Positions 33,249-46,417 of a stretch of 64,000 nucleotides of DNA are shown here, one piece after another. Position 1 is the stretch's first letter. Each line of letters opens with the position of its first letter. The notes below the pieces were generated by a model. That model was given only the letters and a program-made list of their open reading frames with translations. It made no database searches and was not told the origin of the DNA. Made by a program: the position numbers and the translations under genes. Location: the NCBI GenBank assembly GCA_905178155.1, contig CAJINV010000017.1:674722-738721 (forward strand), written 5' to 3'. The DNA is from Amoebophrya sp. A120. Taxonomy: Eukaryota > Protista > Dinoflagellata.

Positions 33249-34606
33249 ATGCAGACCCTCGCCGCATCTGTCCACAGCAAACCGGCCCACCACCCGAAGC
33301 AGGACGTGGGTGCGCCAGCGCGGCGCGCGATCGCGCGGAAACAGGAGCTGATCCAGCTACGACGGGAACAGTTGCGCAAAAACGCGGCTTCCATGTGGTT
33401 AGTCGACTACATTGAGCAGTTCATGAAGTCGCGTTCGTGGATCGACCCGATTCGGGAATTTATCGACGAGAAATACCCGCTTTTTGCAGCGGAGAACGAG
33501 GACGAATTTGGTGGTGCTGGTCATGGAGTAGGACGAGAAACACAACAAGCTGCGTCGAGCTCTAGTTGTGGTTCCTCGTCGAGCTCGAGTTCCTCTTCCT
33601 CTTCTTCTGGCGAACAGAACAATTACCCGCACGTGCACAAGGAGCTGCACAAGTAAGAACAAAATAAATGTCCCCTGCTTGCATAAAAAAGACCTCGACC
33701 TCTGTGCTGGTAAAGTAAGTAGCTTTATTTCATCTCTAGGACGTCGAGATCAGAGGTGCAAGTCGCATTAGATGTGATGACTGTTCTCTTTAATAGCATT
33801 TTTCTGGAAACGAACCGTGACAAATTGACAGCGAATTCCGGAATCTGATTGAGGATTTGATCATGGCCCATCTGCTCGACGTGGACGCAGATTTTGACGA
33901 TTTGCAGCAAGCGGCGAAATTGCTGGACTCGAAATTGATCGAGGGCTTGGTTCTTGTGGAAGACTTCCATTGCTTCCGCCGCATGATGCTGCACGCGGTG
34001 AAAATTCACGCGGAACGGGAGAAGGAAGTGTACGGGCGGTGTAGAGGAAGCAGTAGTTCTACTACTTCGTCATCCTCCTGCTCTTTTCCAAGCACTTACG
34101 CCTTGTTCGATAGTCAGGAGCGCGCAGAGGCCGGCGGTTGCAGTCACGGTACCTACATGTACATCAAATTGAAGGATTTTGCACTAGCTCTTTCCTACTG
34201 ATTGTTTTTACAGTTGCTACGATTTCGAAAGCGTTTTTGATAATTGTGGAGCAGTCTGCAGTCTCGTATCTGTTTCTGGCGTTCTTGATTTGCATTATCC
34301 AGCCCAGTACTAGATTCCCATTCCACAAAAAAGGAAAAAGAAAATCCTCCACTCGTGCATACTACATGCATCACAGATGTGCAGCGAAGCAGTTCTAGTT
34401 CGACCTTGGCAGACTCCGTTTCCGGCGGCGGATCTGGGTTCTCGGATAATGCAAAGAAGCAAAGCAAATCCTGGCGGCCGTCGGCAGCATTGCGGCGCTA
34501 CGGTGAAAGTGGAGCTGGTGCAGCAGGGGAGAAGAGCGGCGGTGGTAATGGGAAGCTGTCTGCAAAAGACGTCAGAGATGCGCTCTTTGGGCGCGCGAAG
34601 AAGTGA
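33249..34606 (+). CDS. BART (ARL2-binding) domain protein, CFAP36/CCDC104-like; exons 33249-33652, 33832-34148, 34377-34606
   Basis: WLVDYIEQFMKSRSWIDPIREFIDEK...ELHNEFRNLIEDLI...VEDFHCFRRMM; two canonical GT-AG introns keep the frame. Confidence 0.75.
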
Positions 34607-35720
34607 GGAATAGGGGTAGGTCGAGAAAAGGTCGCTTACTTGGTTGAAACTGAAAGGAAATATGGTCTGTCTCCTTCGTTCACGGCGGAAGCACTTTTAT
34701 CGGTATTCTGTTTTGGTTTGGGCCAACCTGTGTTGGTTGGTACATTTTACCATTTTCCGGACATTGTCTTTGAGCTTTCATGTTTAACATGAACAATCGG
34801 GAATACAGTATTGAACAAAATATTTGTCTACAACCCGCACGAACGTTTCGATCAGAGCATAATTTGAAAATAAAGCTTTTCTTTCAAAATCTAAATCTTC
34901 AGATTATGAGCTTTTTTTGCAGAGCTACTTTCTTTCTTCGCCGAAAGGCGTGTCAAATTTTGATTTGAAAAAAAATGAATAGAAGGGCCCGCTGCAGTCT
35001 CTACTTTCTCAGTATCCTTACGCGTACTGACACGCCTTGTTCCTCATCTCAACAGGCTTGCAGACAGACATCTTCTAGCGCTTCTCGTCTACTTTCATCT
35101 CTAGTATTGCACATTCGGTCGTAATCGCAAATAGTATTTCGTTCATATCTTCAGGCGTCAGCTCGCTAATGGTACGTTAGTGTCGTGGTCCGATTCGGTA
35201 GTTTGCATCACTCTCGTTCTTGCTCGGTCGTGCTTCTTTTCGTGCGCTCTTCCGAACAGACGAGTGCGAATGTTTCCAGATGATATGGTTATTTCCGTCG
35301 GTCTGGTGACCTTTCAGCACATTTCGTCCAAATCGTTGTTTATCGGTCTTCTGGTCGTATTGCAAAGCGTGCGTTATACTTCGTTCACCAGAATGTTGAT
35401 ACGACACTTGAAGAATCAAGTCCCGTCTACTAATCTTCGGTTATCGTTATTTTGATGTTGTACTCCGTCTTTAGCTACAGGTGCTACATAAGAAAGTAGA
35501 ACTAGAAGTGTTGGTGTCTTTGAGATGAATATGAAAAGTGGTAACCCCATGAAGATGTTGGACTCCCTATATGAGAAAGGACTAGGACATGATACTCCTG
35601 CTACATCAACAACTCCCGACTACAACCGCGAGTGTTTTTATCCAGTACAACTACTTCCGTTTTGAATAGAGTCAAGGTCGCTTTTAGTACATTTTCTCAA
35701 TTCATCACAGCTCGAAGAGG

Positions 35721-36691
35721 ATGATGGGCATGATGGGCGGCGACGGCGGTGACGGCGAGATCCAGCGGATTTCCTTCGTTGGTTTCGGCTACATCGAGCA
35801 ATGCAGACTACTGTGCACGTGGAACAGCTCGTACTGTGGGCCGAGCAGTGAGGACGCCCGCGTGCCCACGTTTAAAAAGCTACTCGACGCCGCGGACAAG
35901 CGAATGACGCCCGGCCAGCGACAGAAGCTCGCGTGGCAGGGGAGCACGGTGTACTGCGTAAAGGATTTCCCCGACGGGAAGATGTGCTACATAGTCCTCA
36001 TCATGGACGACCCAGACGACGAGTACCCGGAGCGCATCGCCTACCAGTTCCTGAGCGAATTGAAAAAGCTCGTCGAGGAACAGCTCTTCAACGGAAAGTT
36101 AGATCAGGACCTGAAAAGAGACGGCGACGACGTTCTCAGTGACACGCTCGCCTACGACATAACGCAACTGGCGATCAAATTCGACGACCACAACTCCTAC
36201 GATAAACTCTCACGCATCACCAAAAAAACGGCCGCGGTGAAACAGGTACAGAGAAAGAGAGCAGAGTCGAATTGCTTAGAGTAGTGGTAGTCTTCATCAG
36301 GTGACACAAGTAATTTTGGTTGTATGCGTCTGCATGCGACGTTGGGAACAATATCGATATATTCAAAGTCCACTACCCTCCTATTGTCCATGATCATGAC
36401 GCAGTGTTGATATGATCCGCATTTTGTAAGCACGAATGGTAACAAACGGCAAAAATCAAACAGGTGGTGCGAACCAACATCGGGGAGATGTTGAAGCACA
36501 CAGAGAATCTGAACGTCCTCGACGAGCAGGCTACCGCCATGGAAGCGGAGGCCATGGATTACGACGAGGCCGCGGAGGAAATAAAGGAATACTTCTGGTG
36601 GAAGGACTGCAAGGTGACCATAGTACTGTTTTGCGTTGGTATCATCGTCATCGTCATCGTCGGGTTCTGTATATACAGCAATTTCAAATAG
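35721..36691 (+). CDS. VAMP7: Longin R-SNARE (VAMP7-like) copy 1; exons 35721-36245 and 36464-36691
   Basis: Longin EYPERIAYQFLSEL; SNARE DKLSRITKKTAAVKQVVRTNIGEMLKHTENL; WWKDCK plus transmembrane anchor. Confidence 0.85.
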
Positions 36692-38019
36692 GGAAGTAAA
36701 TGGCGAAAAACTAGTCCGGAAGTAGAAGTTCTCTGCTGAATACTTCAATTCTGTGGTCTACTTCTTAGGTGAAGGTGATATTGACCCTCTCAACATCGGT
36801 CCGTCCGCTTCTTATAGAATCTCGAAAACATAGACCCACTTTTGTTTCGTAAGTACAAGGTGCAGCTACGCGGCTTGTGCTATAGCTGCAATTACAGTTT
36901 CGCTATCGCATCAAGCCGGAACTGTAACAATTGGAGACTGCTTCACCAGTAGAAAAACCAAAAGATGTGTTGTCACTTTCATCATACACATTCTGCCAAC
37001 CCAAAGAATTTTTTTTCTGATATGCAAAAACAGACCCGATCTCAATCTCCCAAAACCATAGAGGTAGAAAAAACACAAATAACAGATTTAGATTCATTTT
37101 CCACATGGCTCAAAAGATCATAATTATGACTCTGTTGTTTCCTACTCCACCGTTTCATGACCTTTCTTTGTTGAAAAGCAATTGTAACCCAATGCATCGG
37201 AGCGAACATAATAAATTACATCCTCACCTCGTCCACAGTAACATCCGAAAGGTCCGATGGACTGCCAAAAAACGGGTTCCCGACCCTGATCGATTGCCAA
37301 AAAACGTTGTTGCCCCACGAGCGAGGGTGAGACCTCGTCCTCCTCCTCCACCTTCTTAATATTGTGCATTGCTGCAACAGATTCGGTGCTGTCCTCGTTG
37401 CGACTTCCTCGTGGTGCTGGCATTAGTTTCCTTGCTCCTCGTTGCTGCCAGCTCTGTCGTGTCTCTTGCATTACCCTCCGCGTGCGATCGGTTGTTGTCG
37501 TTTCTTACATAAACTAAAGCCGTGAAATGAAGAACTTATCGGTTTCGTCCCCGTCCAAAATTCTTTTCGTCCTCTCAGTCTTCGTCGTAGCTACAAGGTT
37601 CGATGCTAGCTTGCCTGTTGCTTCTTCGTGTCCGATATGCCGCACCTGTGTAAGTAGTTGAGACGGTTGTATTAAAAAAATTGTCGCGAATCTTCAAAAT
37701 TAAAATTATACACACCAGGGCGCGGACGACCCCCCGCATCATGTACGCTTAGACAGAAGCCTAGCGCAACACCCTAAGTCTCTTCCCACATTCTGGAATG
37801 TACTAGAGTACCCCTCTGTTTACTTCCGTCTATCTATTGTCATTTCATTTTATTTTTTAGAAATTTTCTCGTCACACACACTTACAAGTCATCAGATTCA
37901 CCTACAAAAGCATCTCAATCTTTCAATCATGACCTAGTCCTGACGGTAAAACTATCAACATAAGGGTTTAATAGTGGTTGACTTTGAGTTGATTGACATT
38001 AATCCTCTCACGAGCCGCC

Positions 38020-39382
38020 ATGGCGGAGCAGGAACAAATCTATCGGATTTCCTTTGTGGCGTTGGGGAAGTGCCGCGAAAGGAAGCTGCTTTGCACCTGG
38101 AACAACGTAAAATGCGGCCCTGCAGAGGGGGATACCCGGATTCCAACGGTATTCATGTTTGTTATAGGACTGGTGCAGGTACACATATCACTTTTACCTC
38201 GATGTCACTCGAACTCTACTTTGGACAAGATTCTGTGGTTGTAGCGATGATCCACAAAACAAAGTGAAAAAAATATCTTCATCAAAAAAAAAAAAACTCC
38301 ACAGATCAAGAAGCTGTTGGAAGCGGCCGACAAGCGGCTGACTCCCGGGCAGCGGCAGAAGCTCGAGTGGGATGGGGCAACGGTGTTCTGCATGAAGGAG
38401 TTTCCGGACGGGGAGATGTTGTACACCATTTTGGTGATCAACGATGAGGTATGACAGTGCACAGCGCCCGCGCCCCCTCCCCCTCATTTGTATGGCAAGA
38501 ACAGCAATACAAGCAACGACAGCTATGTGGCTTTCGCATGACAAATCCGTACATGGATTGTAGTCCTGTTTGAGCGTCCAAAACTTGTCGTGCGAAAAGA
38601 GCTTAAAGGCAAGTAGAGGTCGACTTGGTCTTTTGCATTACAAATGAGGGGGAGGAGGAGTTGTGCACTCTCATACGAGGCGGAGGAGTACCCCGAGAGG
38701 ATCGCGTACGGCTTTCTGGCCGACCTGAAAAAGAAGGTGGACGACGACATGCAGGCGGGGCACCTGGTGGACGGCCCCGAGGACGACAGCATGAGCGCGC
38801 AGCTCGCCGAGTTCATAACCCAGCAGGCGCTGACCTACGACGACCCCGGGGAGTACGACAAGCTGGCGCGGGTGCAGGCGAAGACCAAGGCCGTGCAGCA
38901 GCTGATGCGCGGGAACATCGGGCAGATGCTGAAGAACACGGAAAATTTGAACGTGCTGGACGAACAGACGCAAGCGATGGAGCAGGAGGCGCTGGAGTAC
39001 GACGATACCGCTGAGGAAATCAAAGACTACTTCTGGTTATGCATTGCAAAAGTATAATCTTCGTACTAGTATCGATTGCATTTTAAGAAAAATGCAATTT
39101 TTCATGGGGTACTAAAAAGTTTGTCAGATTCGTCATATTGCATGACTGCAATTTATACGAGTGCGATAGTTGTACTTTTGCGCAGGATACTGGTGGAAAG
39201 ACTGCCGCGTGACCGTGTTGATAATCATTGGCATCATGGTGCTCGCTCTCATTGTGCTAAAATGCAGCGGCTGCCTGGAGTGCATCAGTGGCGGAAATGA
39301 TGCACATAGCCACGACGCGGGATCAAATACAGCAAATAACGGGGGGCAAGGGCAAGGCGGCGCACCGGTGTCGGCATATTAG
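38020..39382 (+). CDS. VAMP7: VAMP7-like copy 2; exons 38020-38148, 38305-38448, 38680-39036, 39194-39382
   Basis: Colinear with copy 1 after removing one canonical intron and two introners. Confidence 0.85.
38449..38679. mobile_element. Introner, family 2, whose TSD gives canonical GT..AG ends, 231 nt
   Basis: tatgacagtgcaca / tgtgcactctcata; DR TGAG|G vs CGAG|G. Confidence 0.85.
39037..39193. mobile_element. Introner, TIR family 3 (TATGCATTGCAAAAGTA), ends TT..GG, 157 nt
   Basis: About 43-nt imperfect TIR; perfect DR CTGG|T; restores YFW-WKDC as in the paralogues. Confidence 0.9.
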
Positions 39383-41187
39383 TAGAGTTGTGACTGTTTT
39401 ATTGGTCTTGATTTTGGTTTTTGATTGAAGCAAGTTCATGTTCGCATAGGTGGTATTACGTGCTAGGGCATGTAGGTTTTCCACGTTTTAAGGCTCATTC
39501 TTGTCTTCCGTCCACCATTATTTTCGCAATGAATTCTTCAGATTTTGGTTTTGATACCTTTTGTAGAAGACATACGGCCGCTGGATAAATACATTTTGCC
39601 AGCTCCGTGTCTCGTTGTTGAAGGCGTCATATGACAAAATTAATTGATCGATTGATGCAGCTGCTGTGTTTTTCGATTTTACGTGAATTAGAAATCATAG
39701 AAAGTTAAGGCAGCTAGTCCACTAAAGCGGTAAATCAGACACGCGAAGCGAGGTCCTCTCGGTAAGGTCATGAGAGCAAAGCTCGGGAGGAGAGGAAAAA
39801 GCGTAAACCAAGTTGGGTCAGAAAATTCCTTAACCTGGCTGCAGCTCTTTTTAGCCGTAACAAAAGACAAAAACGCGTCGCGTTCTCTATTGGTGGGTCT
39901 TACCCTTACTTACTTACATCAACGGCCCGTGTGGCAGAAGAACGCGTTGCAGCTGATGCTACGGAAGCACGACTTGTGAGGCTCCTTCCTTAGCTGCCTG
40001 TTCGACGTTTCAAAGCGAGTTCCTCGTAAAAAGAAACAAAAAGCGTCCACTTGCGTACTCCCTTTGATTTGCAGCACGTAAAAGCAATCGGTCCTCTGAA
40101 AGCAAATGAAAAAGCACCGGCTCGGTCGTGAAGTTCGTGCAAGATAAATCGCCACACGCTGACGCCGAAAACCCTCGGATGCCTCCTGACTACTAGATCG
40201 CAAGATATTTGGTCTTTTCGGTTTATCGTGCGAATTGAGGATGCATTTCCGTCTTGATTCGAACTGCCTACTTCTTTATTCGGTCTGCTTGTAATTGTAC
40301 TAGACAAGCGTCGCTTCCGCTTGTGAACAGGTCTCGGTGCCGTCCTTCTGCTCGCCCGCATCACGGCTTGAAGAAATCGTTTTGATAGTCCAATCGACAT
40401 CGGTTCTTGAGAGAAACAGTATCTATCATGACTGTATACTGCATCGACATGACAGTATCTATCGACATCTGACTGTATACTGCATCGGTGCCCCGACGGC
40501 GATCTGGGTCGTATCGTCTTGGTGTAGTCGGAAGGATCGTTTTCATCAGTCGTGCTGGGAAAAACGCTGTACTTAAAAATTCAAATCGCTTATCGTATGA
40601 ATGATCTCTTCCAGTCATCGTGCGCTACTTCTAGGCCCATCGCTTCTTCTTGTTGGCAACATCGTTTCTTGGTCCCCCCGAGATAGAGTTTTCAACACGA
40701 AGAATTACAATTTGATGTGGCCTGGTTCGTAATTTCAATTTGCTTACGTTGACTTCAGAATTTTTGAATTTTAACACCATAATTCATTCCCGTTACATGA
40801 TTACATATTTTTGAATTTGAGAAGCTAGCACAACCACAACCACTTCAAGATGTTGATGGGTAGAGCTTCTAAAAGCATTCTGTTGACCACACCACCTGTA
40901 GACGTAGAGGTAGTTTTTTCGTACTTTCTTTCGCCGCGGAAAAACGCGGCGGAAACCTAGTGTCGAGCTAGAATTACCTTCGTGGTTTTCGCGACGAGGC
41001 TTCGTCTTTATCTCAACTTTGAAATTGGAAGTCATCAAGAAGATCACTGGACAACATAATTGTCTACAGTTTGTTACGCTTTTAGGAGCAAACAGTTCGC
41101 TCTTTCCTTACGCCAACTCCGCCGCGGCCCTGGTGCATCGTACTAAAAAGTCACTGCTACGCCGATCCCTGTCGCTGATTTTTCATT

Positions 41188-42937
41188 ATGGCGCAGCCGG
41201 AGCGTATCTCCTTCCTCGCGATTGGCCGTGTAGCCGATGAAGAGCTGCTGGCGACGTGGAGTGCCGCCACGCAGGGCCCCTCCTGGGATGATGTGCGGCT
41301 GAAGACGGTGCGAAAATTACTCACCGCAGCAAGAAAGCGCTTGACACCAGGACAGAGGCAGAAACTGCACTGGGACGACCAACAGGTCTTCGTGCAGCTG
41401 GACTTCCCAGCCGGAGCCTTCGTTTATGTGGTACAGATACAATTATGTATTTTGTTTTTTCCACGTGTCGCATATTTGATTAGGAGCTGTAAGTGTATTG
41501 AGCGAAGTCACACATGCTCTTCCTGCCTTTGTCGTAATCCACTCGGTAACCGAGACCGCGTGATGACGGAATTACTTTAGTTACTTCTGGTGCAGCGCAC
41601 AGAACAAAACAAAAACATTTCTCAGGTGGTCGCCCTGAAGAACATGCAAGGGGAGGACTACCCGGAGAGAATAGCATCGGCCTTGATCAAGGAAATGCAG
41701 GAGCACGCCGAGACAAATTACTCCCAGGAAATGGAGTCGTTCGACCCAAAAACGGACGCCTCGGACCCGATTTCCGAGGGCATGGCCCAGTGGTTCACAG
41801 ACAAGGCGTCACAGTTTGACGACCCCGAGGAGTACGACAAACTGGCGAAGGCAATCGCAAAAACGGAGGCTGTCAAGAACGTATAATAGATGCTTTTTTT
41901 TGACCTCTTTATTGTTTATGCGCAAATAATAGGTTGAACATCAACATTAAGATCAAGAACATCAAAATTGTAGAGGCTGTTCTTTGTCTGACTCAGGCAC
42001 AGTATAGGGCACATGTAAAGAACATCGATGAAACTGAAACAGATTATGAAGAATAACGTGAACGCGATGCTGAAAAACACGGAAAACTTGAACGTGTTGG
42101 ACGAGCAGGCACAACAGATGCGCGACGAGGCGGAGGACTACGAGGACTATCAAATGCAAATATGTCTGGCTCTGGAAGATGAGTGCAGGCATTTGATGTT
42201 ATGCATCTTCTAGACCAGCAGCAGCGCACAGCAACAGATGCTGCTCTGGAATGCACACAGAAGCATCTTCACAGGTCTAGCCCGCGCCTCTTTCTGCCTG
42301 ACCCACAGGAGAAGAAGTTTGGTTCTATTTGTGTAGCTGTGTTGAGGACGATCACAGGTGGTCAATGTCTCAGCGTAAAGTACAGTAGCAGGAAACGGGC
42401 AACTTTTAGCGCTCCTGCAATACAAAATTTAGTGTCCTTAGCGACTTGCATGACAAGTTATGCATCCTTCCAGACCCAGGCAGATTTGCAATGCATAAGG
42501 AGGAGGCAGATACAATCAAGGATTACTTTTGGTGGAAGGACTGCAAGTATGAGAGAGCACCATTCCCCCTTCCCCTGCTCATTTGTCATGCGAAACGTCA
42601 AATCCTGTATGGGCCTCTTGGCCGAGTTTGCATCGCAAGATCGTCTGGAAGCTCAGACTACACTACGACACTCCTGGCCTGAAAGGGTTGTCATGCAAAG
42701 GCGTCACTTTAGTTTTAGATTTCATTTGAAATTAGGTTCTATTGCTACCATCATCAGGCTCTACTGCTACAAATGCACTACACCCAATCATGACGGTGCA
42801 GCGGGGGAGTTGTGCACTCTGATAGCAAGGTGACCTTGCTGATCGCGCTCCTCACGCTCATCGTCCTCGGGATCTCCATCTGGTGCTGCTATGACAAGTG
42901 CAAGACCGTGAAGGGAGCCAAGGGTGACGATGACTGA
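41188..42937 (+). CDS. VAMP7: VAMP7-like copy 3; exons 41188-41430, 41626-41880, 42043-42146, 42502-42546, 42829-42937
   Basis: Two canonical introns plus two introners; close paralogue of copy 4. Confidence 0.85.
42147..42501. mobile_element. Introner, family 1, ends CT..GA, 355 nt
   Basis: tatcaaatgcaaatatgtctggctctggaag / cttccagacccaggcagatttgcaatgcata; DR AGGA|C vs AGGA|G; restores DYEEEADT as in copy 4. Confidence 0.9.
42547..42828. mobile_element. Introner, family 2, ends GT..AA, 282 nt
   Basis: tatgagagagcaccattcccc / ggggagttgtgcactctgata; perfect DR GCAA|G; restores KDCK-VTLL. Confidence 0.9.
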
Positions 42938-44759
42938 GACTTGTACACGTCCAGCACACGGTTGGAAGAAGAAGTCCCAAGAACGATTGTTCCTATAAAA
43001 GTGACGAACAAATTGTGACGCTGTGACAGCACAAAAAATTGAAAGAGGTTTTTAAATCAATATTCATTCATACCACCATTCACTCGCTACTTTGCTTGCA
43101 GACTGCTTTTTACGTTGTTACTGTTTTACATACATAGATTACAGTTACATGCAAACAAATAAGTACTGACGAAAGTACTTCTGGAGAAATACGATAAAAA
43201 GAAGAGGTACGTGCGACGTTTCGAAAAGCTACGAGAGAGAAAGATACCATTCTTGTGCTTTCAGTTTCAACCTGTCTGGGTGGTTCCTCTCACCCAGTGG
43301 AGAAGAAGGGTACAACCACAGGGGAACAAAATTGGCTGACTAGTTGGTATCGAGTTTCTCATGCGATTGCGAAGAGGAGACAAAACTACCACAACGTCAA
43401 CGAACCAAGCACTCAAACACCAAATTTGCTCCTGTGACTATTCGCTCGTGCTGATCCTTCCACAGGTTTCCCTTGTGACCTTACATCAAATAGAGGATCA
43501 GGAACGAATACGAAACGACGCCGCTGCAGAAGTCGCCATAGGGCGCTGATTGGCGTATTCTTCAGGCACTAGCTTTTCAAGTCTTGTTGATTCAATTTAC
43601 TATGCATTTCTTTGCGTTTCTTGCCTTATTTAGTACGTTTATCTATTGTTGAGTTGTATCGACTTATCTTATTGGTATATTTGTTGCACGACGAAATTAA
43701 AAGGGTGCGCACTCGGACAACAGTCAGTTGAAGATGTTGCGATAGGAGCGGTGCCGACGTATTGTACATGTTTCCAGGATACTGTCGCAACACTAACAGA
43801 CTGACCAGAAAGGGGGTCTCGCAGCAGGCTTCGACGTGGTTGTAGTGCAGCACTGTCAACCGCGGCCTTTCTGACTGCAATTTCCCTCATCATCTCTGTA
43901 CCTGTATTTGCATTTTAACAACCAAGAGAAAAACTACCGTTGACGATTGGAAAATTGACTCTAATACAATTCTCGCTAAAGACTCGTCGCGCGACACTCG
44001 TCAACACTACTTCAGCAGTAAAATTAATTCCGAGAAAGAATAAGGTAACGTAAAGTAAATCCGACCAAAGGCAGCTGCAAAGTCCTGCTGTGCGTGTGTA
44101 TTGGAAGGCTCTGTCTCCCTCTTTGGAACTCAGCCGTCTCAAGACGTTGTGTGTTTTTGTAGAAGCTGAAGCACGACTTTTGAAGCGCCTTCCTGGGCTG
44201 CGTCGAATGGACTTCGTCGTACTTGAAAGGAAAGAGCAAAAAGCTTGAAGTCGCTCACGTGATGATAATCGGTCCTCCGAAAAATGAAATCGCAAGACGC
44301 CGCCTCGGTAAGGAATTTCGTGCAAAAGTTGTGATTACCACTCACGCTGAAGACTCGGTGGATGTCCGTTCACCACCCCATTGCCAGTAGAATATCGTTG
44401 CTTTCGGTTCGTGCGCATTGATGTTGACGTAACGTTCTCGGCTTGAGTCGAACTAACTTCTTAATTTCGGTTTAGTTGTACTTGTACAAGTGCAACTCGT
44501 GAAAATGCATCGGTAGTGTCGTGCTGCTTGTGATTCCTATCTCGATTTTGAAACCGAAGAAAACCATCGGACACTTATATAATTGTCTACAGGTAGACGA
44601 GTTTTAGTTTATACTTTCTTGCATCAAACAAGAGCTCGCTCCTTACCTATGTATTAACATCAACCCCGGCACAGGCGCAGCCCTGTGGCATTGTAGATTG
44701 TACTAAAGATTCACAACTTCTACTTCTTGTAGCGCGGTCCCTGTCGCTGATTTTTCATT

Positions 44760-46417
44760 ATGGCGCAGCTGGAGCGTATTTCCTTCTTTGCGATCGGCCG
44801 TGTAGCCGATGAGGAGCTGTTGGCCACTTGGAGTTCCTCCACGCAGGGACCCTCCTGGGACGATGTGCGGCTGAAGACGATCCGAAAATTACTCACCGCA
44901 GCAAGGAAGCGGTTGACACCAGGACAAAGACAGAAACTGCACTGGGACGACCAGCAGGTCTTCGTGCAGCTGGACTTCCCAGCTGGAGCCTTCGTTTATG
45001 TGGTATAAATTCGATGCATCTTGCTTTTTGTTTCTACTTTTTGCAAAAGATGAGCTTTAGGCGTACGGAGGAAAAGTCACACAGACTCGCTCTGGCCTCC
45101 TCGTGATGTTACTTGATGATGGAAAAGAACATGAATATTTATTACTTGATCTCGTGATGTCTAGCGCTTGAGGATAGCGGAAGAATTACATTCTAGTGAT
45201 TGCAGCTGCGCATAGGAAAATTTCAAACAATACCACTTGTCAGGTGGTCGCCCTGAAGAACCTGCAGGGGGAGGACTACCCCGAGCGAATAGCCTCGATT
45301 TTGATCAAGGAAATGCAGGAGCACGCCGAGGCCAATTACTCCCCGGCAATGCAGCTCTTCAACCCAAAAACGGACGCCTCGGACCCGATTTCCGAGGGCA
45401 TGGCCCAGTGGTTCACGGACAAGGCGGCCGAGTTCGACGACCCCGAGGAGTACGACAAACTGGCGAAAGCAATGGCAAAAACGAGTGCTATTAAGAAGGT
45501 ATACATAGATACAGTTTTCTTTTGATTCGTTTGTTAGGATAGTAGAGGCTGTCTTTCATGCACGAATAGGCCAGGTATCCATATGATGAGTAAGCAACAG
45601 AAACAATGCGAATGTTGACCATGAGCGGGAAAATAAACCAGATTATGAACGACAACGTGCATGGGATGCTGAAGAACACGGAAAACTTATCATGAGGAAA
45701 AACGCCGCCACGACCCGAGACGAGTTGTCAACATGAGAGACCTTTCTAGTCGCGACTTGGCATTGATAAGACTGTAAACAGGGTATAATATTAGGTGGAT
45801 TTCTCTTCGTGATGCGGCTGTCCGTCCTATCGTTGTGCACTATATTACACGCTAGAACGCGCTTGTTATGTGTGGCTCCGTAAACTTGTGGATTTGTGTT
45901 CGCAGAGTCCGTCTCTATTGCGACTGTGGGGTCGTGCGGGGCTGGTTATTTTTCCTCCGGATAAACCTTGAACGTGTTGGACGAGCAGGCGCAAGCGATG
46001 CGGGATGAGGCGCAGGACTACGAGGAAGAGGCGGATATATCCATTGCAAAAGTATCGTACTCGTAGGGCAGTAACTGCTGCATTCATGCATTGCAAATCC
46101 TTCTCCTGAGGGAGATCCGCTTCCGCATGATTACTGGAAAATTTGTCATGCAATTGCTACTAGTTCTTGTACTAGTACGATACTTTTGCAATGCATAATT
46201 TACCATCAAGGACTATTTCTGGTGGAAGGACTTGAAGGTGACTTTGCTGATCGCTCTCGTAGTGGCTATTGTCATAGGTATCTCCGTCTGGTGCTGCATT
46301 AAAAATTGCGACAAAAGCAAAACCGTCAGAGACGACACCAGCACAGCATCGGGAGAACAGCAAGAGGGCGGAGGACGTGGTCCAGCTGCACAGGCCGCCG
46401 CAGCACGACAGGATTAG
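44760..46417 (+). CDS. VAMP7: VAMP7-like copy 4; exons 44760-45002, 45244-45498, 45642-45686, 45968-46036, 46202-46417
   Basis: Same two canonical intron positions as copy 3, but two different introners. Confidence 0.85.
45687..45967. mobile_element. Introner, TIR family 4 (TAT....AGGAAAAA), ends TT..CC, 281 nt
   Basis: tatcatgaggaaaaa / tttttcctccggata; DR AAAC|T vs AACC|T; restores NTEN-LNVL. Confidence 0.88.
46037..46201. mobile_element. Introner, family 3, ends AT..TT, 165 nt
   Basis: tatccattgcaaaagtatcgtactcgta / tactagtacgatacttttgcaatgcata; DR decayed (GGAT|A vs ATTT|A); restores EEAD-TIKDYFWW. Confidence 0.9.

Noticed and set aside
43070-43865. Extra 0.8 kb downstream of VAMP7 copy 3 as a mobile element
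   Set aside because: It is absent from the copy 4 flank, but no TIR, TSD or credible ORF was seen; it could equally be a deletion in copy 4.
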